From Candidatus Poribacteria bacterium (GTDB lineage Bacteria > Poribacteria > WGA-4E > WGA-3G): 64,000 nucleotides of DNA. Numbering within the stretch: position 1 is the first letter of the stretch; every line of letters begins with the position of its first letter. Shown in pieces: positions 8,640 through 18,187 of the stretch. A program made the translations under genes and the position numbers. The DNA is taken from positions 40,227 to 104,226 of the forward strand of contig JAJEIE010000024.1 in assembly GCA_022827625.1 (NCBI GenBank), in the 5' to 3' direction. The notes under the pieces are model-generated. The model did not search any database. It had not been told where the DNA came from and was given only the letters and a program-made list of their open reading frames with translations.

Positions 8640-9548
8640 TTAGTCAACATCTCCTGCCTCTAAGTATTTTAGCGGGCTTTCGATGATGTAGTCCCCCGAC
8701 TCCTCAAGAAACTGCTGCACCAGATAGACATGCCCGACACCGATAATCAGAAGGATTCGATCATCGGTAGACTCAGTGATGCGCGTCAGATTTACAAAGA
8801 TTTTGAGATTCCGTGCGTACCAAACATGGGCGAGCCAATCTGCCCCCGGATATTGGTCGCCAAGTCCAATACGGGCATCATGTATGTATGCTCGCTGGCT
8901 CGCGCGGGTCCTTACAGGGTGATTGAAGCGTATATACTTGTCAATTATCGATTCATATTTCTCAATTTTTCCTGAATCTGTCGGATCTCCGAAACGGTGA
9001 TCCTCAGGGGATCCGAAAAGGTGCTCCTGATTGTGAACTTTTGCAAACTCGCTTCGGTTTATCAAGTGATCCTTAATTTTTTCAAGGATCGGGTTTCGCT
9101 CTGGCCAATAATCTACACAATATATTGTTGAATGTCCAAACGCTTTTGCCAACCTATAGCCGATCTGATCCCCCTCGTACCGCTCAAGTTCGTATGTCCC
9201 ATTCAAATAACCTTGATACCTTTTGTTTTCAGAGGCGCAACGGCTTGGATCCAATTCAACCGCTATTTTGGTAGGTTTAAACGCTTTAAGGTGTTCAAAC
9301 ACTTGTTTAATCTCGCGCTGGCGTTTGGGCACAAGGACATCATCCGCAAAGTGCCAACTACCAAGAATCATAATTGTCGGTTTTTTCATCATTTGCTTAC
9401 TTTCTCCTGTAGATACGTCTGTCTGATTCTCGCTTGTGGCTGTGCCGGCAATAGATAGCACGGCGGCGAGTAAGGTTATGAAATAGAGTTTGCATTTCAC
9501 TAAGATTCTCATAAAATTTTCTCCTATCTGTAGATTAAACCCTTCCAA
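8640..9548 (-). CDS. Secreted TraB/GumN/Tiki-superfamily protein (DUF5694-like), paralog 3 of 3
   Basis: Signal peptide; N-terminal GxxH (IMILGSWHF), conserved Glu (ITESTDDRILL) and C-terminal GxxH (IIGVGHVYLV), as in the Tiki/TraB/GumN superfamily; tandem with two paralogs. Confidence 0.5.
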   Translation of the reverse strand: MEGFNLQIGENFMRILVKCKLYFITLLAAVLSIAGTATSENQTDVSTGESKQMMKKPTIMILGSWHFADDVLVPKRQREIKQVFEHLKAFKPTKIAVELDPSRCASENKRYQGYLNGTYELERYEGDQIGYRLAKAFGHSTIYCVDYWPERNPILEKIKDHLINRSEFAKVHNQEHLFGSPEDHRFGDPTDSGKIEKYESIIDKYIRFNHPVRTRASQRAYIHDARIGLGDQYPGADWLAHVWYARNLKIFVNLTRITESTDDRILLIIGVGHVYLVQQFLEESGDYIIESPLKYLEAGDVD

Positions 9549-9689
9549 AAAGGATCATCAAATTTCAGCAACTCTGGTGGAGGGTAAAAACAAATGACCA
9601 CTTCCGCTGTAGGCACGGTTTCCCAACCGCGCCGATCGCACTGTTCCATTAATTCCAAACTTCACCTTAAAATAATGGGTTTAAAGTGT

Positions 9690-10658
9690 CTACTTCTCCG
9701 CCGCGTCCAAGTATTTCAGCGGACTTTCAACGATGTAGTCCCCGGACTCCTCAAGAAACTGCTGCACCAGATAGACATGCCCAGCACCAATAATCAGCAG
9801 GATCCGTTCGTCGGCAGATTCGGTGATGCGGGTGAGATTGACGTAAATCTTTAGATTCCGATCGTACCAAGAGTGAGCGACCCAATTAGCACCTGGATAT
9901 TGGTCGCCGTTCCCTATACGCGCGATCCACCGTATATATCGTTGATGGGACACACTTCTACCTTCAGGCTCGTTGTGGCGTATGTACATGTCAATGATCG
10001 GTTCGTATTTCTCAGGCTCAATCCAGGTTACGCCACTTTCATCTTGTATAACTTTTCCATCAGTTGTAGGCGGAGGTGGAAGAAGATGTTCCTGATTATG
10101 TGTCTTCGCGAACTTTTGATAGTCTATTAAATCCCAATCAAAACCATCTGGAAAAAAAGGGTGATTGTCTGGCCATGGCCAATAATCAACGCCATACACC
10201 TTTGGATGTTCCATCTGTTTTGCTAATCGAAATCCAATCTGGTTACCTTCCCCGCGTTTGAGTTCGTACGTTCCTTTGAGATAGGCTTGATAGTTTGCAT
10301 TGATCTCGGCATCAAATCTTTCATCTGCCTCAAGGGCTATCTTGGTAGGTTGAAATGCCTTAAGCTGTGTGACGAGTTGCTCAATTTCCTGTTGGCGTTT
10401 AGGGGCGAGGACATCATCCATTTTGTAGTTGAAGGCATCCATTCCCGGATTTGATAAGTGTCCGCTGCCAAGAATCATGACTGTCGGTTTTTGTACCATT
10501 TGCGGAGTTTCTCCTGTAGAGGAATTTGTCTGACCATCGCTTACAGCTATACCTACCGTAAATAACATACCAGCAAGTAGTACCGCTGTATAGGTTTTGC
10601 AATTTGCTAAGACTTTCATAAAACGTTCTCCTATCTCTAAGGCGGTTGATAGCCCCAA
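9690..10658 (-). CDS. Secreted TraB/GumN/Tiki-superfamily protein (DUF5694-like), paralog 2 of 3
   Basis: VMILGSGHL...ITESADERILLIIGAGHVYLV; about 60% identical to its neighbours. Confidence 0.5.
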   Translation of the reverse strand: MGLSTALEIGERFMKVLANCKTYTAVLLAGMLFTVGIAVSDGQTNSSTGETPQMVQKPTVMILGSGHLSNPGMDAFNYKMDDVLAPKRQQEIEQLVTQLKAFQPTKIALEADERFDAEINANYQAYLKGTYELKRGEGNQIGFRLAKQMEHPKVYGVDYWPWPDNHPFFPDGFDWDLIDYQKFAKTHNQEHLLPPPPTTDGKVIQDESGVTWIEPEKYEPIIDMYIRHNEPEGRSVSHQRYIRWIARIGNGDQYPGANWVAHSWYDRNLKIYVNLTRITESADERILLIIGAGHVYLVQQFLEESGDYIVESPLKYLDAAEK

Positions 10659-10696
10659 AAAGGGGTTACCAAATTTCCAACAATTAGGAAAGCACG

Positions 10697-11491
10697 TTAT
10701 CGAGTTCCTGTTTTGCCTGAATCCAAGTATTGCAACGGGCTTTCTATATTATAGACCTCGGAGTCTTCCACAATCTGTTTAAGGAATCCTAAGTGCCCAG
10801 CACCGATGATTAGCAAAATACGCTCATCTTCTGATTCCGTAATTCGGGTGAGATTGACAAAAGTTTTGAGGTTCCGATTATACCAAAAATGTGCGACCCA
10901 ATTCGCCCCCGGGTACTCGTCTTGAAGACCAATTCGGGCAATCCGTAAGTAGTCGCGGAGGTTTGTGCGGATCTCTTCATCTTGGTTCTCCCGTATATAC
11001 ATGTCAACTATGGGTTCGTATTTTTCAGGCTCAATCCAGATTCTGCCATCTTCATCCTGCGTCATTTTTCCAGTAGGTGGCGGTCCCAGAAGATGTTCCT
11101 GATCGTTCGTCTCTGCAAACGCCCCGTAATCTGTCCAATGATCCTCCCGATCCTCCCGAACGATTGGATCATCGCGCAAATAATCTACACAGTGGACCTT
11201 TGGATGTCCCATCTGTTTCGCTAATCGGAATCCAATCTGGTGGATTTCATGGGGTTTAAGTTGGAAGTTGTCCTTCAGATAGGCATCATATTCGTTCTGA
11301 AGTTCAGCCTCCCAATGTGTATCAACTTCGACGGCTATCTTCGTCGGTTTGAAACGGGCAAGTTGTTCAACGAGCTGCTGAAGTTCGGCTTGGCGTTTGG
11401 GTGCAAGGACATCGTCCATTCTATAATTGATTCGATCTGCTCCCCAATTTGCCAAATGTCCACTACCCAGAATCATAAGTGTCGGTTTCAT
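10697..11491 (-). CDS. TraB/GumN/Tiki-superfamily protein (DUF5694-like), paralog 1 of 3
   Basis: LMILGSGHLANW...ITESEDERILLIIGAGHLGFL. The called start sits at the GxxH motif, so this copy may lack a signal peptide or have an upstream alternative start. Confidence 0.45.
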   Translation of the reverse strand: MKPTLMILGSGHLANWGADRINYRMDDVLAPKRQAELQQLVEQLARFKPTKIAVEVDTHWEAELQNEYDAYLKDNFQLKPHEIHQIGFRLAKQMGHPKVHCVDYLRDDPIVREDREDHWTDYGAFAETNDQEHLLGPPPTGKMTQDEDGRIWIEPEKYEPIVDMYIRENQDEEIRTNLRDYLRIARIGLQDEYPGANWVAHFWYNRNLKTFVNLTRITESEDERILLIIGAGHLGFLKQIVEDSEVYNIESPLQYLDSGKTGTR

Positions 11492-11535
11492 TTGCGTGTT
11501 TCCTCCTTAAAAATACTAATGAAAAGGCAAGCACT

Positions 11536-11982
11536 TCATTCATCTAACTCTACCCTAAGAGGAACTTTAAAGGTATTCGGATCTAAGCCTTGTGCTTTAA
11601 GATCGTCAATTGTCTCTTGTAATTCCTCACCCGTCTCTTCCAATTCGTGGATGTATTCTCTATCTTCATCGTTATGTCGAGCGATTTCGAGTTCTATCTC
11701 ATTGAGTCGCTGGAGGTCTCTGAGTAAGCCTTCATCTACGCCAACAACCCGCGGGATAATCTCTAACCACTCTTCCATAAGAGGATGTTCACCTTTGGCA
11801 AGAAGATAAAAGGCATTTTTGAGTGATTTCAATGATGCCTCTGGATCAGCGTCTTTAAGATCAAGATACTTCTGCATCATTTCCGCCGCTTTTTCCTGTC
11901 GTTTTTCTATTGGCAGTTGCAAGTAACGCTCTATAGATGCGAGATCTTCTGTCAGGGCTGCCTGCTCTGAATCACTTAGCAC
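11536..11982 (-). CDS. Acidic helical protein, probably a lipoprotein whose signal peptide is in another frame (ATG at 12083; apparent frameshift near 12045-12053)
   Basis: The called ORF starts at a GTG. Upstream in a different frame, an ATG at 12083 encodes MRYTIVIGISLSLL. Upstream of the GTG in the ORF's own frame the translation reads FAFGFLGCGSDEQ, a lipobox, with no start codon. Confidence 0.45.
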   Translation of the reverse strand: MLSDSEQAALTEDLASIERYLQLPIEKRQEKAAEMMQKYLDLKDADPEASLKSLKNAFYLLAKGEHPLMEEWLEIIPRVVGVDEGLLRDLQRLNEIELEIARHNDEDREYIHELEETGEELQETIDDLKAQGLDPNTFKVPLRVELDE

Positions 11983-12154
11983 GATCGAAGAATTCTCTTT
12001 CGTAAGATCTTGTTCATCGCTGCCGCAACCAAGGAATCCAAAAGCAAACTAAGAGAGATCCCAATAACTATTGTGTATCGCATTGTATTCTCACTTTCCC
12101 TTTCCGGCGTGTCCGAAACGGGCGGGTACACCGACACCACCCGTTTCGCTCAAG

Positions 12155-14725
12155 TTAAAACATGCGAGACCACTTAAAATCGACTTGATACCCGCGTCCC
12201 TCTTCGAGTGCTTTCGCAAGGTTCACTCTGAAGGGACCCCCTTGGAAGCCTATACCGAGATTAACCTTGGGTTGTATCTGCTCTATGTCTTCCAAGCGAT
12301 ACCACACTTGTCCTACATCTACGAAGGGGATAAGGAATGCCCCGTCTCCTAAACTGTGAGCATACTCCAAGTTGAAGAGGAAGCCGTGGTTGCCCGCAAA
12401 TTCATAAAGCGAGTAGCCGCGGAGTGTTCCGATACCACCGATAACGAATTGACGTTGATAGGGCAGCTGCCCCGTTGCAGTCCCGACCTTTAAACGGGCA
12501 TCAACTCTATCGTCTCCGATGGGATAGTAGTGGCGGAAATGTGCCTGGAAGCGCGTAAAATCAAAATCGGAACCGATTGCAGGACTGGTGTGCTCTACAA
12601 GAAACGTGTTATACCATTCGACTGCATTTTCGCGGTTCTTAAAGTTTTCTCGGTTCTCAAAGTCGTATTTTACGTCAGTCCATCCGCGATTGTCAAAGTC
12701 GTATTTTAAGGAGATACTCCGCATACTGCCAGGGTGTATCGGCGAATTTTGCCGTCCCGCTAATTCGGGGTGTGCTGACCAATTTCTGAGATGGAAGTCC
12801 ATCGTCCGCTGCAGACTGTTGTGTTCTTCCCAAAGTACGAACGCTCCCAACGAATGCTTGATATTTGGAGATTGCCATTGAAGTGCTGTCACCCCACCCT
12901 CTCTGAGATAGTAGTCTTGGAAATCAGTGCCCCACAATGCCCGAACAAACTGCTCACTATCACTAAGCAAGAGGTCTCTGTCCCTGACGGAGGTTAACCG
13001 ATGGATTTGCGCGCTGTATATCAGGTGTGAATCTCCACCTATTGTTACACCGCCACCCGCTCGGTAATTCGTGCTTCGGCTTGAGAGCCCGTAACTTATT
13101 GTGCCGAACCAAAAGGGATCCACTGACCTATCCCTTTGTGTCCGGGAACCGGCTTCGTGAATATCAATTGAGGCAGTCGTTTCGTACCCGTTTGGCCGAA
13201 TCGTTGAACCCGATCCCGTAAAAAAGAGTGGATCGGAATGCCACCGTTTGCCGATTTCAAGTCCACCACCAATCCGCAGCCCATCAACCGATGTGAGGCT
13301 GCTGGCACTCACAGGACGGAAGAGGTCCTCACTTGATGAATTCACTACTTTAGGACGGATTGGAGTTGGTGTCAGAGAGACATTGTTGGTGCTTCCTAAA
13401 ACAGGTTCTGTTGGTTCACTGGGTTCAATAGGTTCGCTGGGTTCAGCGAGTTCTGTTGGTTCACTGGGTTCAACAGGTTCTAAGGTGTCCAACGAACCTT
13501 GCGGATCTGACAGTTTTGGCGGCAATACATGTAACCAGTGTCCGTCATTTTTATAAGTGTCATCAACACCTATATTTGACCACCAAGAACGGATACCCGT
13601 CCGGACCTGACCGCGGTCAAAGTTAATCCCCATCCGAATCGGTTCGGTTGTGTCTGGGTAATCCAACATTTCCCACGGAATTTCCATTTCCACAACCCAG
13701 CCAGTCGCATTGACGTTAGCGGCGACGTTCCACTGATCCATCCATTCGGTTTTGTTTGCCTCCTGTTTGGGAGAGCGGACGAATTTTTTGCCAATCGGGT
13801 TTGCCATGAAGAAGGTGCGATTAGAAAATCTGTGTGTGTGGAAAGGATCGATGCTGAAGGAGACCCAATCCTCTGTCATGTCAAACCTGACATGATCTTG
13901 AATTTGCCGGGCAATGATCTTATCCGGTTCGCTATCATAGAGATGCCATGCGACGTAGATGGCTTCGTTTGTGTAAATCAGTTTAACAACTGTATCATCC
14001 TCGACCGGATTTTCACTACGCGCATTTGTGAAGTTATTCGCTTCGGGGGCAATTTTCCAACACGCATCGTTAAGGGTTCCATCAATAATTGGAACATTTT
14101 CGACTTTTACAGCGAGTAACTCTCTCTGGACCGTGTCCGCAATCGATTTCGACTGCGCCTTCAGCGCATCACCGACATTGATATCCATCGCACCAAAGTT
14201 GCTCAGATTGCTAAGCAAGTCCTCGATCCGTTCTGGTGCGATTTCTCCGACGATGTTGACAAAGGTAGCTTCTCCAGATGTTTCAGGGATCACGATGATG
14301 AAAATCCCATACACCATATCTTCATCAAAAAGTAGACTAATTTCTACAACTTCACTCTCTTCCTTGATTTTGACCAGAACCTCCCAATTATCTTCCTTGA
14401 GCCTCCGCTGAAAGTAGCCGACCAATTCCTGTTCGTCGATGGTGAGTCTATCATAGGTACGAACATAAATGCCGTCCAGCATCCGAATTAACTCGGCAAT
14501 TTCCGGTGTGTTGCTCACCGATTTCGTAACCAAGTTGATAAGTTTTGCCGTTAGATTAACCTCAACTTTTGCTTCAAGCGAGGCTGGAAAATCAAAGATG
14601 ATAAGTCCTTTTCTTTCAGTTTCGTCCGCTCTGTCCTGTTGTGCAACTGCCGACTGCATCGGTATTAGCGATAAAACTAAAAACGATAGTATAAACAGCA
14701 GGACACAGTGCTTTTGCAGTTTCAT
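12155..14725 (-). CDS. Large secreted multidomain envelope protein: DUF4252-like N-domain, CBM9/DOMON-like domain, EPxEP linker repeats, C-terminal outer-membrane beta-barrel
   Basis: Signal peptide; the N-terminal ~170 aa resemble 14722..15417 (FVNIVGEI... versus FVNIYGEI...); NDACWKIAPE...AWHLYD block; EPVEPSEPTELAEPSEPIEPSEPTEPV repeats; alternating beta-strand pattern ending ...DFKWSRMF (terminal Phe). Confidence 0.6.
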   Translation of the reverse strand: MKLQKHCVLLFILSFLVLSLIPMQSAVAQQDRADETERKGLIIFDFPASLEAKVEVNLTAKLINLVTKSVSNTPEIAELIRMLDGIYVRTYDRLTIDEQELVGYFQRRLKEDNWEVLVKIKEESEVVEISLLFDEDMVYGIFIIVIPETSGEATFVNIVGEIAPERIEDLLSNLSNFGAMDINVGDALKAQSKSIADTVQRELLAVKVENVPIIDGTLNDACWKIAPEANNFTNARSENPVEDDTVVKLIYTNEAIYVAWHLYDSEPDKIIARQIQDHVRFDMTEDWVSFSIDPFHTHRFSNRTFFMANPIGKKFVRSPKQEANKTEWMDQWNVAANVNATGWVVEMEIPWEMLDYPDTTEPIRMGINFDRGQVRTGIRSWWSNIGVDDTYKNDGHWLHVLPPKLSDPQGSLDTLEPVEPSEPTELAEPSEPIEPSEPTEPVLGSTNNVSLTPTPIRPKVVNSSSEDLFRPVSASSLTSVDGLRIGGGLEIGKRWHSDPLFFTGSGSTIRPNGYETTASIDIHEAGSRTQRDRSVDPFWFGTISYGLSSRSTNYRAGGGVTIGGDSHLIYSAQIHRLTSVRDRDLLLSDSEQFVRALWGTDFQDYYLREGGVTALQWQSPNIKHSLGAFVLWEEHNSLQRTMDFHLRNWSAHPELAGRQNSPIHPGSMRSISLKYDFDNRGWTDVKYDFENRENFKNRENAVEWYNTFLVEHTSPAIGSDFDFTRFQAHFRHYYPIGDDRVDARLKVGTATGQLPYQRQFVIGGIGTLRGYSLYEFAGNHGFLFNLEYAHSLGDGAFLIPFVDVGQVWYRLEDIEQIQPKVNLGIGFQGGPFRVNLAKALEEGRGYQVDFKWSRMF

Positions 14726-15417
14726 TTGTTCTCCTCCTTGTTTGAGTGATCGTTTGTTTCAGTTTCTGATTTCGGTGCTTCGTCAGGTTTTTCCGAGTTG
14801 ACCTCCGCGGGCCACCATTGGGAATTAGAAGGGTTTACTAAATCACGAAGCGTCTTGGACATCCCCTCTTCCGAACTGGATGCCATAAGGCGTCCAAATA
14901 GAGCACCAAGCTTCTGGAAGTCGATTTCCCCATAGATATTCACAAAACTCCAGCCTTCATTGTCGATAATCGTGGCGAAAATACCGTGCAGTATCCCCGG
15001 TTCTTCCGCATAGAGCAGACTGAGATTGAATTTGTCCTTAATTTTGACGATATGTTCCCACTTTTCGTCTGCAAGTATACCTTGGTAATGGTCTATGATC
15101 TGGTTGAGATCTTCCGTCTCTTTATCGTAGGCTCGGACAGCCGCGCCTTTTAGCATGTTGGCATACGCCGTATAGGCTGTCATGTCTGTGGGTGGATCTC
15201 CATCAGATTTTGGAATGCTCGCCATACCGAAATTGATAAGCAGATTGAAGAATGTTTTATCCAAGTTAATTACCATTTTGGGAGCAGATGTATCTGGCAG
15301 GTCCATCGCTACTTTACCGCGGATGGTCTCTGTTTTTTCTGTGCCGTTGGTCAGAGCATCCGCGTTTGTCAAGACACAGCTGACTATTAAAAGTGCTGTA
15401 AGGGCGAATTTTCTCAT
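14722..15417 (-). CDS. Secreted DUF4252-like protein
   Basis: Signal peptide; shares a domain with the N-terminus of 12155..14725; overlaps its neighbours by 4 nt (ATGA), consistent with translational coupling in a sigma/anti-sigma operon. Confidence 0.55.
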   Translation of the reverse strand: MRKFALTALLIVSCVLTNADALTNGTEKTETIRGKVAMDLPDTSAPKMVINLDKTFFNLLINFGMASIPKSDGDPPTDMTAYTAYANMLKGAAVRAYDKETEDLNQIIDHYQGILADEKWEHIVKIKDKFNLSLLYAEEPGILHGIFATIIDNEGWSFVNIYGEIDFQKLGALFGRLMASSSEEGMSKTLRDLVNPSNSQWWPAEVNSEKPDEAPKSETETNDHSNKEENK

Positions 15418-16097
15418 TGGGTTTTTCCTTTTTGTTCTGAGTTTTGGGTACCTTCTGTATTCGGAGCATTTTCGGATTCCCGGTTAAGACTATCCAAACT
15501 CCGGTGAATTGCTGATGAAATGTTCATTTTCTTTTTTAATGCCCTGCGCGAAGCTTGTTCAATCTGAACAAACGGACGCTGTGAAGCTTTATTAATCTGG
15601 GCATTTGGCAGTTTCTCGTTGACGACAACGTTGGTTCTCTCCACGGCGTAGTTCAACTTGCTGAGGGCATAATTCAAGTCCTGAGCAGCTTGCATGATTT
15701 TTTGATGCTGTTGATACTGGTAAATACCAAATGCGACAATTCCAAACAGACATGCCAACGCACCTGCGCGAACAAGTGAGAAAGTTAAATTATCCCAGAA
15801 TGTAGATAATTGAAATAACCGATGCCACCATCTTTCACCCTTATCCGGGTGGGCGCGGACATACGCCGCAACCGCATCGAAGACGGCTGGCGGCGGTTCT
15901 GGTCTTGGAAGCTCGTGTAATGCTTCGCCGATTGTTTGGGCAAAGTGAACTTCATCTTGACACGTTGGGCAGGACGTAACGTGTGCTGCTATTCTCGCGT
16001 GTGTCTCTGCATCCAACTCGTCAGCGAGATATGCCTCTAAGGTGTCCTGAACTTCCAGACAAGCTGAATCTTGAGGGCGTGAAAATTGATGATTCAT
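15414..16097 (-). CDS. Anti-sigma factor, zf-HC2 type with one TM helix
   Basis: HARIAAHVTSCPTCQDE is the HxxxCxxC zinc-finger anti-sigma motif, followed by a TM helix (LACLFGIVAFGIY); 4-nt overlap with the sigma gene. Confidence 0.75.
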   Translation of the reverse strand: MNHQFSRPQDSACLEVQDTLEAYLADELDAETHARIAAHVTSCPTCQDEVHFAQTIGEALHELPRPEPPPAVFDAVAAYVRAHPDKGERWWHRLFQLSTFWDNLTFSLVRAGALACLFGIVAFGIYQYQQHQKIMQAAQDLNYALSKLNYAVERTNVVVNEKLPNAQINKASQRPFVQIEQASRRALKKKMNISSAIHRSLDSLNRESENAPNTEGTQNSEQKGKTQ

Positions 16098-16627
16098 CCG
16101 TTATTTCTCCAGTAGGGACGCAAGAGTTCCCGTAACTTCTTACGGGCACGAAATGCGGTTGATTTCACAGTACCTTCGGGTTGCTCTAAAACCGCTGCAA
16201 TCTCTTTGAAACTCATGCCTTCCAGTTCCCGCATAATTATCACTGAACGCATTTCTGGCGGCAATTTTTTGATCGCACAGTGTACCGACGCTTTAAGTTC
16301 CCGCTTGATGACAATTTCGTCAGGCGACGGGTTTGACTGGTGCGTGTGTCTATGCAGTAGCGTTTCGAGTTCAGTTTCGTCTCCTTCTGTTAGCGGTTCC
16401 TGAAATTTCTGCCGCTTTAGCAGATTGAAACAGAGATTCTGCGCACACTTTAGCAACCATGAACGCACGGTTTTCAGACGTAATTTGCGTCGGTGTTCCC
16501 ACGCTTTTATGAACGTCTCTTGTGTTATATCCTCAGCATCTTCTCGGTTTCTGAGTAGATATAGAGCATGCTGATAAATCTGAGCCTTGTGTTTATGGAC
16601 AAGTTCAAGGAATTGATCCTCTGTCAT
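16094..16627 (-). CDS. ECF sigma-24 factor (RpoE-like)
   Basis: 177 aa with sigma70_r2 (IYQHALYLLRNREDAEDITQETFIKAW) and r4 (LPPEMRSVIIMRELEGMSFKEIAAVLEQPEGTVKSTAFRARKKL). Confidence 0.9.
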   Translation of the reverse strand: MTEDQFLELVHKHKAQIYQHALYLLRNREDAEDITQETFIKAWEHRRKLRLKTVRSWLLKCAQNLCFNLLKRQKFQEPLTEGDETELETLLHRHTHQSNPSPDEIVIKRELKASVHCAIKKLPPEMRSVIIMRELEGMSFKEIAAVLEQPEGTVKSTAFRARKKLRELLRPYWRNNG

Positions 16628-16655
16628 ATTGAAACTCCGCGCGTTTTGAGGTTAA

Positions 16656-16692
16656 CGTTACTACAAACGAGTTGAAAAAAAGTTGCACTTTT
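16656..16692 (-). promoter_or_regulatory. ECF-type autoregulatory promoter-like motif (minus-strand CAAC-N13-CGTT) about 20-55 nt upstream of the sigma24 start
   Basis: cgttactacaaacgagttgaaaaaaagttgcacttttc is the same conserved block as 6687..6725. Confidence 0.45.
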
Positions 16693-16963
16693 CTGAAAAT
16701 TACCGCATAGATACAGGTGTGACGGGAGGTGTAACCTTTGTCAACCGAAATCGTATTTATAAAAATATGGGCTGGCCTGCTTATTAAGAGGCAGTTTTGA
16801 GTCCGGAAGGTTGCATAATTTTCGAGAAATGAGAGCGACCTGAATTTTCACCGCAAAAACGGCGAAACCTCTTGAAGGCGGGGTAGATTAGTTTTTTGTA
16901 AGCGGCTGTAGGGACGGAAATCTATTGATGAAGATTCCTTCCCTACCTCGGTGAGTTCTGATG

Positions 16964-17914
16964 TTATTCCCACTGAAAAACGGTGCCCAACAAACGCATC
17001 GGTGCATCGCGAAGCCATTGATATATCTGGGGTGCTTCATCAATACTTACCCGGTGTCGAATCAGCGGCGCAATCTTGACAGAGCCTTGGCGAAGCAACC
17101 GACAGAGATTTTCCAAATCATCACAAGTGAAGTGACTACACTGAAGGATGCTGATCTCCTTGTGTTGACCGACGTTAAAGGTGTAATTGACATCAAACCG
17201 TCCAGCGACTAAAAGCAGACGGCCCCGAACCTTACAGGCATGAACCATCGGTGTAACCATGTCTGGAACGCCAGCGAAATCCATAATAGCGTCAAAAGTT
17301 CCATCTTGAATCTGTGTTTCCCAACCGTCACCGCTTGTATTGATTACCTGTTCCGCTACACCGAGTTGACGCATCTGTTCTAAGCGTGATTCTTCGATGT
17401 CACAGACTGTGACGCGGGCACCCATAGCGTTGGCAATTTGCGCAGCGAACATCCCGATGCAGCCTTGTCCGACAATAAGCACTTTTTCGCCGATACGCGG
17501 GTCAATTCGGCGACAGCAATGCATTGCTACACCGGAGATACCGAAAAGGGCTGCCTCTCCAGGATCAACGTCCTCTGGCAATTTCAGGAGGAGCCCATCT
17601 TCTGGAATCGTGAACCGCTCGACATGGTTCACGCTGGCGTAGATGAGGTCACCAATCTCAAGGTGCGTTACGTCCGGTCCCGTTTCGATAACTCTGCCGA
17701 CGTTTTGGTATCCATCGGTGGTCGGCAGCCGTGTATCGGAGGCTGAATAGTTGCCACCGATGAGTTGATTCCGTTCCGTTCCGTTGGTAAGACCTGTGAA
17801 GACGGCTTGGCACAGGACTTCGTTCCCGACGGGCGGATCAGGCTCTTTCCAATCAGTAACAACAATCTTTTCACGGCGTTTATCTGGCAATAATTTAACA
17901 ACAAGTGCTCTCAC
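16964..17914 (-). CDS. Zn-dependent medium-chain alcohol/polyol dehydrogenase (MDR family)
   Basis: GroES-like N-domain, then a Rossmann fold with VLIVGQGCIGMFAAQIANAMGARVTVCD. Confidence 0.85.
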   Translation of the reverse strand: MRALVVKLLPDKRREKIVVTDWKEPDPPVGNEVLCQAVFTGLTNGTERNQLIGGNYSASDTRLPTTDGYQNVGRVIETGPDVTHLEIGDLIYASVNHVERFTIPEDGLLLKLPEDVDPGEAALFGISGVAMHCCRRIDPRIGEKVLIVGQGCIGMFAAQIANAMGARVTVCDIEESRLEQMRQLGVAEQVINTSGDGWETQIQDGTFDAIMDFAGVPDMVTPMVHACKVRGRLLLVAGRFDVNYTFNVGQHKEISILQCSHFTCDDLENLCRLLRQGSVKIAPLIRHRVSIDEAPQIYQWLRDAPMRLLGTVFQWE

Positions 17915-17967
17915 GATATTGATAACTCCTTACAGAAATTTTTAATACCAAATTCCGTCGGGAACTG

Positions 17968-17992
17968 GTAGGAGGGATTTCCAAATCCCGAC
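17968..17992. repeat. Palindrome-containing repeat gtaggagggatttccaaatcccgac, copy 1 of 3 (about 55 nt upstream of the ADH start)
   Basis: Exact 25-mer also at 56417..56441; the copy at 56472..56496 has 1 mismatch; contains inverted arms GGGATTT/AAATCCC. Confidence 0.8.
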
Positions 17993-18187
17993 TTTCCTTG
18001 CCAACGATAGTGTAAGCGAGACTCGTAGGTTTGTCAAGAATTTTCAGCGTCTCTATTTCTATCGTGTTTCACTTTTTTGAAAAAAATCCGTTGACAGATT
18101 GTCAAGTTTTCTGTACAATTCAAGTTAGAGACAATTAGTTCAGAAGTGATCGACCTCTTTTTATATATTGCACCTTAAGTAAGGAGA

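Noticed and set aside
16906-16945. 12-bp-stem imperfect hairpin (gtagggacggaa...ttccttccctac) downstream of the ADH gene, a possible terminator
   Set aside because: No U-tract on either strand after the stem; may be a protein-binding dyad or chance.
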